64,000 nucleotides of DNA, from positions 128,001-192,000 of the forward strand of contig CAXXFV010000015.1 of NCBI GenBank assembly GCA_963674595.2, given 5' to 3'. This document shows, in pieces, positions 56,782 through 64,000 of the stretch. Below the pieces are notes generated by a model, which worked only from the letters and a program-made list of their open reading frames with translations, was not told where the DNA came from and did no database searches. How positions within the stretch are numbered: position 1 is the first letter of the stretch; the number at the start of each line of letters is the position of its first letter. Both the position numbers and the translations under genes were made by a program. The stretch comes from a bacterium (GTDB taxonomy: Bacteria; Zhuqueibacterota; Zhuqueibacteria; Residuimicrobiales; Krinioviventaceae).

Positions 56782-58838
56782 CGAATACCGGCTCCGGAGT
56801 CGATATCTCTGTCTACAGAAATAACACTGAATTTACCATTTTCATCTTCTGCTGCCAATAACATACCGTTTGATTCAACACCTCTGATAACGGCAGGTTC
56901 TAGGTTGGCAACTATGACTATTTTTTTACCGATAAGTTCTTCCGGTGGATAGAATTTGGCAATTCCGGCAACGATCTGTCTTTTTTCACTACCTATTTCT
57001 ATTTCCAAACGCAGCAGTTTATCTGCTTTTTCAATTTTTTCAGCCAAAAGTACTCGTGCAACTACAAGTTTTACTTTTTTAAAATCATCAAAACTTATTT
57101 TAGGTGTTTCGTCGGTCACAACAGGAGTCTCCGTTGTTTTATTGTTAGATATATTTTGTAAACGTTCAATTTCTGGTTGTATACGTTCATCCATAATTTT
57201 TTCAAATAAAATTTCCACTTTACCAAATGGTTGCCCTTGCGGAACATCCAAGTTACAATCATCCCATAATTGCTGCTGGATTTGCCCTGTAAACCCAAGC
57301 ATTTTCCAGATTTTTTCTGCTGAAAAGGGCATAAACGGTTGCATCAATACAGCAATTGTTTTGGCGGCCTGGATACACAAGTTTATTGTCGTTGCGCATT
57401 TGTCCGGGTTTTCTTTAATTGTTCGCCAGGGTTCCTGATCGTTAAAATATTTGTTGGCCGCTCTTCCAATGTCCATAAATGCGGCGGTTGCTTTACGAAA
57501 TTCAAATTTTTCGATAAAATCACCGATTGTTTCCGGTGCTTTGGATAATGTTTCCAGCAAACCTTTATCGAGGTCATCCAGTTCACCACGAGCCGGTATT
57601 TTACCATCAAATCGTTTACCCGCAAACGTTAACGTTCGATTCACAAAATTACCCAAAATGTCCGCTAATTCACTGTTGTGCCTTTGCTGAAATTCCTGCC
57701 ATGTGAAATCAGCGTCTTTGGTCTCCGGTGCATTGATCGACAGGTAATAACGTAAAGAGTCTGCGTCAAATTTTTCCATATAGTCATCCAGCCATACAGC
57801 ATAGTTTTTGCTGGTGCTGAGTTTATTACCTTCCAGGTTCAGAAATTCATTGGCCGGCACGTTTTCCGGTAAAACGTAATTTTTGTGGGCCATAAGCATG
57901 GCCGGGAACATGATACAATGAAAGACAATATTATCTTTGCCGATAAAATGCACAAGTTTTGTATCACTGCTTTGCCAGTAGTATTTCCAGCGGTCTTTGT
58001 CTCCTTTTAGTTCGGCCCATTCTTTTGTTGCGGAAATATAACCAATAGGCGCATCAAACCAGACATATAAAACCTTACCTTCGGCATTTTCTAGGGGGAC
58101 CGGAACACCCCAACTTAAATCACGAGTAACCGCCCGATCGGAAAGACCTTCGTTAAGCCAGCTATTGATTTGGCCGATGACGTTTGTTTTCCAATGTTTT
58201 TTGTCTTTCAGCCATATGGTTAATTGTTTTTGAAATTCACCCAGGGGTAAAAACCAATGTTCCGTTTCTTTATAAATTGGTGTTTCACCGCTTAACGTAC
58301 TTTTAGGATTGAGCAATTCTGCGGGAGAAAGCGTTGAACCACATTTTTCGCATTGGTCGCCATACGCTTCTTCATAGGAGCAACTCGGGCATGTTCCCTT
58401 GACATATCTGTCCGGCAGGAACATTTTTATTTTTGGATCGTAAAGTTGTTTTTCTTTTCTTTTTTTAAAAATGCCTTGTTTATATAGTTCAAGAAAAAAT
58501 TCTTTAGATGTTTCGTGGTGTGTTTTAGAGCTTGTTCTGCCATAATAATCAAACGACATTCCAAATTTTTCAAAGGCTTTTTTATTTCGAAAGTGAAATT
58601 CATCAACAATTTTTTGCGGGGAGATGCCTTTTTTTTCTGCTGCAATGGTTATGGGAACGCCGTGTTCATCGGATCCGCAAATATAAATAACATCTCTGTT
58701 TTTAAGCCGCTGAAAGCGAACATATATATCTGCCGGCAGATAAGCCCCGGCCAAATGCCCGAGATGAATCGGACCGTTAGCATAGGGCAAGGCGCTGGTC
58801 ACTAAAATTTGCTTGAATTGGTTGTTATCTTTATACAT
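56778..58838 (-). CDS. metG: Methionine--tRNA ligase with C-terminal tRNA-binding domain
   Basis: ALPYANGPIHLGH, zinc knuckle CPSC...CEKC, KLSTS, C-terminal OB domain. Confidence 0.97.
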   Translation of the reverse strand: MYKDNNQFKQILVTSALPYANGPIHLGHLAGAYLPADIYVRFQRLKNRDVIYICGSDEHGVPITIAAEKKGISPQKIVDEFHFRNKKAFEKFGMSFDYYGRTSSKTHHETSKEFFLELYKQGIFKKRKEKQLYDPKIKMFLPDRYVKGTCPSCSYEEAYGDQCEKCGSTLSPAELLNPKSTLSGETPIYKETEHWFLPLGEFQKQLTIWLKDKKHWKTNVIGQINSWLNEGLSDRAVTRDLSWGVPVPLENAEGKVLYVWFDAPIGYISATKEWAELKGDKDRWKYYWQSSDTKLVHFIGKDNIVFHCIMFPAMLMAHKNYVLPENVPANEFLNLEGNKLSTSKNYAVWLDDYMEKFDADSLRYYLSINAPETKDADFTWQEFQQRHNSELADILGNFVNRTLTFAGKRFDGKIPARGELDDLDKGLLETLSKAPETIGDFIEKFEFRKATAAFMDIGRAANKYFNDQEPWRTIKENPDKCATTINLCIQAAKTIAVLMQPFMPFSAEKIWKMLGFTGQIQQQLWDDCNLDVPQGQPFGKVEILFEKIMDERIQPEIERLQNISNNKTTETPVVTDETPKISFDDFKKVKLVVARVLLAEKIEKADKLLRLEIEIGSEKRQIVAGIAKFYPPEELIGKKIVIVANLEPAVIRGVESNGMLLAAEDENGKFSVISVDRDIDSGAGIR

Positions 58839-58848
58839 AAATAGCCTT

Positions 58849-59733
58849 TTACTTTTCCTGATTTTCGGACCTATCGTTTTTCTCAGAGTTTTCTGCTTGT
58901 TCCGGGATTTCTGTTTTTTCTGTGACTTCTGTTTCTATCATTTCAAAATCAGTCAACTCTTCCAATGTATATTCAACTCTTTTTTCGTTGTTTATTAAAA
59001 GCGTTACAGTTTCATTAAATACGTTCGTTTCTATAACTTTTCCAAGGCCGTCCTGTGTTTTAAATTGGGTTTCAAACTCGGGCATTTTTTCGTTTTGAGT
59101 TTTATAAAAATCTCTTTCATACATGAGACAGCATAAAAGGCGGCCACATAAACCCGAAAGCTTTTGCGGATTTAAAGGTAAATTTTGTTCTTTGGCGCAT
59201 TGGGTTGTAATCGGCTCGAATTCTTTCAAGAATGTGGTGCAACAGAGTTTACGACCACAACTGCCAAAACCACCGATTCTTTTAGCTTCATCGCGAACAC
59301 CAATCTGCCTGAGTTCGATACGAACTTTATAAACGCTTGCCAGTTCCTTAACCAGTTCACGAAAATCAACGCGTTTTTCTGCCGTAAAATAGAATGTAAT
59401 TTTATTGCCGTCAAACTGGTATTCGACATCTACCAGTTTCATTGTTAACTGGTGTTCAATTATTTTTTTTCGGCAAAACTGATAAGCGTCAAATTCTTTT
59501 TTCCTGTTGGCAAAATATTTTTCCAGGTCCTGGGATGTGGGCTTTCGAATAATATTTCGTATAACCTGGTCACTGTCCTTTTTTTCCAGTACTTCGGCGA
59601 TCTGGTTTACAACTCCCAAATCTTCGCCTTTTTCAGCTTCGGTAATGGCGTAACTGCCGATTTTAAACGGAAATTGCTGCGGATTATGATATATTTCCTT
59701 ACGTTCACCTTTAAATAAAATTTCTATCATCAT
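58849..59733 (-). CDS. PSP1-domain protein (YaaT/RicT family)
   Basis: FYFTAEKRVDFRELVK.LA, RQIGVRDEA, CGRKLCC, CGRLLCCL.YE. Confidence 0.92.
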   Translation of the reverse strand: MMIEILFKGERKEIYHNPQQFPFKIGSYAITEAEKGEDLGVVNQIAEVLEKKDSDQVIRNIIRKPTSQDLEKYFANRKKEFDAYQFCRKKIIEHQLTMKLVDVEYQFDGNKITFYFTAEKRVDFRELVKELASVYKVRIELRQIGVRDEAKRIGGFGSCGRKLCCTTFLKEFEPITTQCAKEQNLPLNPQKLSGLCGRLLCCLMYERDFYKTQNEKMPEFETQFKTQDGLGKVIETNVFNETVTLLINNEKRVEYTLEELTDFEMIETEVTEKTEIPEQAENSEKNDRSENQEK

Positions 59734-60839
59734 GCTGCTGCACCTTTAACTTTTAAGGCCTGTTTGATTTTTGCCATCAAAACGATTAATACAAGATTAA
59801 CCTGGACATTGTAATTTATTAATTCAATTGCACGTTCTATTTCATTAAAAATAAGATTAAATTCTATGTGTGAAAATGCATTAGTAAATTTACGTAATAC
59901 ATCGAATTTATCACGATTTATAATTTTATTATCCAAACTATTAGTATAGGAATTTTCATGAAATAAAACAAGCGAATCTCTAAACCATAATAAAATCAGG
60001 TTTAGAATGTCTTTAATTTCTGCTTTATCATATTTATCCAGTATTTTTTCAACCATTTCATGTCTGGAATAGTCATTTTTTAAACATGTTCTTAGAAATT
60101 CAACGGCATCATCCCGTCGTGTCGTTAAATCATTTTCAAGCCATTCAATAGCTCTGCGAAAATTTCCCTGGCAGATTTTAGAAACAAGCCGGGCCTGTTC
60201 TGTTTCAACCTGATATTGATCGACCAGGGCTTGTTCAACTAGTTCATCGGATAAAATCCCAAACCGCAGTTCCTGGCACCGTGAAATGATAGTCGGCAAT
60301 AACGAATTGTATTGAGAAGATGTTAAAATGATGTGAGTTGATTTTGGCGGTTCTTCCAAAATTTTTAACAAAGAGTTTGCCGCTTCTATCGTCATTTTAT
60401 CCGCTTCTGCAATGATGATGATTCGTTTGCCCTCCATCGGTTTTATCGTACAAGTCTTACGCAACTCACGAATACGGTCAATGCTGATAACCGGATTTGC
60501 CCAGGGTTTTAACCGTGCATAGGGTTGTTTGCTACAGCTATCTAAAATTTTCCGTTCTTCTTCAACAGTGGCTGCTTTTGGCGCCGGGAATATAAAAATA
60601 ATATCCGGATGGTTGAATTGGGAAATTCTTTTACAGGATGAACAGGTGCCGCAGGGATTTTCAAATGGGTCCGTACAATAAAGCACCTTGGCGAATTCAA
60701 AAGCCATAGCCTCTTTGCCGATACCTTCAGGCCCGGAAAACAGATAGGCGTGAGAAATACGGTTGTTTTCGATGGCTTTAATGAGTATGGATTTTGAACG
60801 CTGTTGTCCTAAAATTTTTTTAAATTGTATATTATTCAA
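59730..60839 (-). CDS. holB: DNA polymerase III delta' subunit
   Basis: HAYLFSGPEGIGK, C...PCGTCSSC, HPD, AANSLLKILEEPP, LPTIISRC. Confidence 0.93.
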   Translation of the reverse strand: MNNIQFKKILGQQRSKSILIKAIENNRISHAYLFSGPEGIGKEAMAFEFAKVLYCTDPFENPCGTCSSCKRISQFNHPDIIFIFPAPKAATVEEERKILDSCSKQPYARLKPWANPVISIDRIRELRKTCTIKPMEGKRIIIIAEADKMTIEAANSLLKILEEPPKSTHIILTSSQYNSLLPTIISRCQELRFGILSDELVEQALVDQYQVETEQARLVSKICQGNFRRAIEWLENDLTTRRDDAVEFLRTCLKNDYSRHEMVEKILDKYDKAEIKDILNLILLWFRDSLVLFHENSYTNSLDNKIINRDKFDVLRKFTNAFSHIEFNLIFNEIERAIELINYNVQVNLVLIVLMAKIKQALKVKGAAA

Positions 60840-62027
60840 TCAAGTGATCCAGTCTTCAGGATTGAGGTTTTTTGTGTTTTTCCAAATTTGAAAATTAAGT
60901 ATCGGGCCTTCCAGTGAACCCGAGTCGCCTACTGTTCCAATTATTTGATTTCTCTGAACATATTGTGATAGTTCAACATTTATTTCCGACAGATGTGTAT
61001 AGACGGTATAATAGCCATTATCATGGCTTATAATTATAATATTGCCGCGTCCTCGCTGCCAAGTAATGGTTTGCACTTGCCCGTCATCAACCGATACAAC
61101 CGGGGAGCCCAAGGGCGCTTTAATTTCAATACCAAGATTCTCTGTTATAGTGTTTAGCACAGGATGCTTTTGGCGGCCAAATCGGGTTACAATTTGTCCT
61201 TTGGTCGGCCATTCCAGACGGCCCTTTAATTGGGCAAATGTGTGGTCTCGCCTGACAATTGTATCGTCAGTTTTTTTGTCCGGCAGCCGTGATGGCTTTG
61301 TAAGCCGGTCCTGTTCATTTTGAACAATAAACTCCCGAATTTTGTTCTGGGTTTCCCGGACTTGCTCCAGATGCTGTTCCAAAAGTTTGGTGTTTTTTAT
61401 AATTTTTTTTAGATTATTTTGTCTTTTGGTTCTACTGGCCTGTAAATTATTATTTTCTCGTTTCGTAGCGATTAAATTTTGTTCTTTTTTCAGGGTTTCG
61501 GAATGAAGCCTGTTTCGATGTTGTGTTAAAAGCTGGTGTTTGTTTTTAAGAGATTCGTAATTCCGACGATCATTTTCAGTGGCAAGCTTTTGGTATTTTA
61601 ACCATACTTTAAATTTTTTTAGTGAGCCGTCGTTAAATAATAACTGATAGTCGTGTAAACGCGTATGCTTGTAATAACTGGTCAACCTTTTGGATATGAT
61701 TTTTTTCAGGGATTCCAGTTCCTGTGAAATTTGCGAAATCTCTTTTTGGTGATTTGATATTTTGGATTGACGGGTTTGCAGGTCCTTTTCAAGTTTGTTT
61801 AAATAGGACCGAGTAATATCAATTTCTTTATCAAGATCATTTATCAAATCAAGAGTTTTTGCTTCATTTTTTTTCGACTTTAAAAGTTCGGTTTCATATT
61901 TTGTGATCTCCTGGCGCAGAGATTCCAGGTCCTGCTTTTGCTGCTCTACTTTGGCGCTTTCTTTACCCTGCACTAAACAAGTAATAAAAAAAATGATATA
62001 AAGTATTTTATGTAAATGATGTATCAT
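60840..62027 (-). CDS. envC: EnvC-type murein hydrolase activator (coiled coil plus degenerate M23/LytM domain)
   Basis: Long coiled coil; KGRLEWP, NLGIEI (lacks HxxxD), YYTVYTHL. Confidence 0.85.
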   Translation of the reverse strand: MIHHLHKILYIIFFITCLVQGKESAKVEQQKQDLESLRQEITKYETELLKSKKNEAKTLDLINDLDKEIDITRSYLNKLEKDLQTRQSKISNHQKEISQISQELESLKKIISKRLTSYYKHTRLHDYQLLFNDGSLKKFKVWLKYQKLATENDRRNYESLKNKHQLLTQHRNRLHSETLKKEQNLIATKRENNNLQASRTKRQNNLKKIIKNTKLLEQHLEQVRETQNKIREFIVQNEQDRLTKPSRLPDKKTDDTIVRRDHTFAQLKGRLEWPTKGQIVTRFGRQKHPVLNTITENLGIEIKAPLGSPVVSVDDGQVQTITWQRGRGNIIIISHDNGYYTVYTHLSEINVELSQYVQRNQIIGTVGDSGSLEGPILNFQIWKNTKNLNPEDWIT

Positions 62028-62056
62028 TGCAATTTCTTGGTTATCCTTAGTTAAAG

Positions 62057-62085
62057 ATTATAAATATATTAGTTTGTGCCGACAA
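62057..62085 (-). promoter_or_regulatory. Putative sigma70 promoter of the envC-holB...glyQS cluster
   Basis: Minus strand TTGTCG, 17 nt spacer, TATAAT. Confidence 0.55.
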
Positions 62086-62192
62086 AAGCAATAGAATTAA
62101 ACCTTGAAAATGCACAATGTCATTATAATATTTCTTGATTGTGCCAACCTGTTTTCTTAAATTGAATTCAAATTGATTTTAATAAAGCGGGT

Positions 62193-62672
62193 TTGATTGT
62201 GAAAGTTAATTTAATTGACAATATTATTGTTTTTAATAAATTCAGCAAAAAAGATAAAACAATATTACAAAAATTTGTCTTTGCCCGTTCTTTTAAAACG
62301 GATGAAATTATTTACAAGATCGGAACACCGCCTGTAGCTATGTATTTTTTAACATCCGGTTCTGTTGGCCTTTATATGAAGGATGAAAAACAGACGGATC
62401 ACCGGGTACAGTATATCCCCCCTTATCAATTTTTTGGATATTCCGCACTGATTTCTGATGATTTACGTCGGGTGACGGCCAGGGCTTTGGAACCCTGTGA
62501 AACGATTTTGTTGTTACGTTCCGATTATTTACAAATAGTCAACGAATACCCCAAACTTGCTTTCAAGTTGTTACCGGAAATAACGGCATTTATACATCAA
62601 CATTTGGTGTCAAGTCAATCTGATTATATGAATTTGACAAACCAATTAGCACAATCCAATATATTGTTTTAG
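62193..62672 (+). CDS. Stand-alone cyclic nucleotide-binding domain protein
   Basis: MYFL.SGSV, FFG..AL....R..TA.A.E; no HTH. Confidence 0.8.
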   Translation: MIVKVNLIDNIIVFNKFSKKDKTILQKFVFARSFKTDEIIYKIGTPPVAMYFLTSGSVGLYMKDEKQTDHRVQYIPPYQFFGYSALISDDLRRVTARALEPCETILLLRSDYLQIVNEYPKLAFKLLPEITAFIHQHLVSSQSDYMNLTNQLAQSNILF

Positions 62673-62681
62673 ATCAACGCT

Positions 62682-63653
62682 ATGATTTGGAAAAACAAAA
62701 ACAGCCTGCTCATTGCTTTGGTCATTTCGACAATTCTACTCACCTTGACATTTTTCTTTTTTCCAATAATTAAAGTGCTGCTTTTTTGTGCTGTTGCATT
62801 GTCCGTCTTTTCTCCCTTGTACACAATTTTAAAACGAATTCGTTTGGAGTTGGTTTTTCCGGTAATTATTGTAAGCAGTATTATTGGATTGGTATTATTT
62901 GTTGATCCGTCTTTTTCATTAAAAAGTTTATTGAGAGATGTTACCCCGGATGCAGCATTCATAGACGGAAATTCAAATATTTTAATTTTATACGGCTATA
63001 ATATTCAAAATGCCTTTTTAAATTTTTGGAAAATAGCAGCGATAAAACTCATGCCGGATTATATTGATGTGTTGCTGGTATCCATTGTTTTGCTTTTACT
63101 GGTTGTTAAAAGAGGGATTAAAAAACTGGTTTTGATTTATTTACCTAATAAATGGTTTGAATGTTGTGCCCATCTTTTATATAAACTTGGTTATCAAGTT
63201 GGTTTTTTAATTCGATTTCAACTTTTAAAATCTGTTATTATTACAGGCTGCCTTGCCATTGCCTTGTATTTGTTACATATTAACCATCCTGTTGTCGTAT
63301 TATGTTTGATTTTTTTAGCTGCGCTTTCACCTGTATGGGGTTTGTGGCTGGCATTTATTGTTCCTTTATTTTTTATATTGCCTTCTGATAATTATTATTT
63401 TCAAATTGTCGGTTTAATTATCAGTTATGCTTCCATTTGGCTTGTTCAGCATGTTTTGTTTTATATGGTGCTGGAAGAAAAAATTCCAGGTGTTTGCCCG
63501 GTTTCCCTTTTGCTCCTTATTCCTGTTTTTGTTTTATTATTTGGCGCCTCAGGATATTTTATTGCCTTACCTTTACTTGTTTTCTTTTTATTGACATTGA
63601 AAACTCTCGCCGAATCATTTCCTTTGATACACAAAACATCCATAGATTCATAA
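62682..63653 (+). CDS. Polytopic membrane protein, AI-2E (PerM/TqsA)-like
   Basis: Many hydrophobic segments; IRFQLL, LSPVWG and C-terminal G..G.FIALPL pattern. Confidence 0.55.
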   Translation: MIWKNKNSLLIALVISTILLTLTFFFFPIIKVLLFCAVALSVFSPLYTILKRIRLELVFPVIIVSSIIGLVLFVDPSFSLKSLLRDVTPDAAFIDGNSNILILYGYNIQNAFLNFWKIAAIKLMPDYIDVLLVSIVLLLLVVKRGIKKLVLIYLPNKWFECCAHLLYKLGYQVGFLIRFQLLKSVIITGCLAIALYLLHINHPVVVLCLIFLAALSPVWGLWLAFIVPLFFILPSDNYYFQIVGLIISYASIWLVQHVLFYMVLEEKIPGVCPVSLLLLIPVFVLLFGASGYFIALPLLVFFLLTLKTLAESFPLIHKTSIDS

Positions 63654-63736
63654 TATTAAAACAGACATTTCTTGATTATTTTATAATTTTTATTTAACTT
63701 ATACTTTTTAATTTTAACAGAGAAATGTGATTATAA

Positions 63737-64000
63737 ATGATAAATAAACCAAAGAATCCAACGGTTGCTTTTCAGGGTGCCCGATATGCATTTAGTGAAA
63801 TTGCTTCCAAGCAGTTTTTTGGAAACGATGTTTCCAGCATTCCCTGCCGAACTTTTGAAGATGTTTTTGAACAAGTGGAAAGTAAAAATGTAAATTACGG
63901 GGTTGTCCCTGTTGAAAATTCATTAACAGGCAGTATTCATCGTAATATTGATTTGATGCTGGAACATGATTTGAAAATTGTCGGAGAAGTGTTTTTACGT
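63737..64000 (+). CDS. pheA: Prephenate dehydratase, 3'-truncated by the window edge (absent from the ORF track)
   Basis: Manual translation: MINKPKNPTVAFQGARYAFSEIA...TFEDVFEQV...GVVPVENSLTGSI...IVGEVFLR. Confidence 0.88.
   Translation, partial: MINKPKNPTVAFQGARYAFSEIASKQFFGNDVSSIPCRTFEDVFEQVESKNVNYGVVPVENSLTGSIHRNIDLMLEHDLKIVGEVFLR

Noticed and set aside
58849-59733. PSP1/RicT without RicA/RicF neighbours
   Set aside because: This is a common arrangement next to holB outside Firmicutes.
60840-62027. Degenerate M23 zinc site as a novel pseudoenzyme
   Set aside because: Loss of zinc ligands is the known hallmark of EnvC.
17266-62027. yibQ-like, ctpA and envC genes, often clustered elsewhere, all present in this window
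   Set aside because: They are 12-30 kb apart in different transcription units, with no evidence of a functional cluster here.
555-63697. Many short alternative-frame and antisense ORFs in the track (e.g. 5279-5758, 24037-24546, 36461-36922, 47539-47991, 56956-57438)
   Set aside because: They lie within well-supported genes and show no recognisable motifs, so they are treated as shadow ORFs.

Overview
AT-rich bacterial chromosomal window, gene-dense and mostly housekeeping. No tRNA, rRNA, CRISPR array, integrase or transposase was seen. PorV-family genes, an exbB-exbD-exbD-tonB operon, an alpha2-type glycyl-tRNA synthetase and holB-PSP1-metG-tatD-rsmA synteny suggest an FCB-group lineage (KSB1/Calditrichota-like; inference). 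The + strand block (1-41.4 kb) carries folC, an orphan MsmX/UgpC ATPase, rho-rpmE-DUF1385-prfA-prmC, PMM/PGM, rnr, a PdxJ-like gene, tryptophanase, a lipoprotein/CTD-cargo/PorV/PorV cassette, GH57, ctpA, the Ton system, a SigR-like ECF sigma factor, dsbD, an amidase and a sialidase-like protein. The - strand block (51.7-62 kb) runs envC-holB-PSP1-metG-tatD-rsmA-mgtE-recO-glyQS. The most notable region is a nitrogen island at 43.6-50.3 kb: two P-II/Amt pairs and a TorF-family porin gene, divergent from a GAF-AAA+-HTH sigma54 activator. It has two readable sigma54 promoters and eight copies of a palindrome (CCKACA-W4-TGTMGG) arranged as four pairs 29-30 bp apart. The motif matches neither the NifA nor the NtrC box, and one pair covers the activator's own promoter. 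Also notable are an intact PdxJ homolog that has lost most catalytic residues and two +1 homopolymer frameshifts (dsbD and an outer-membrane protein gene).
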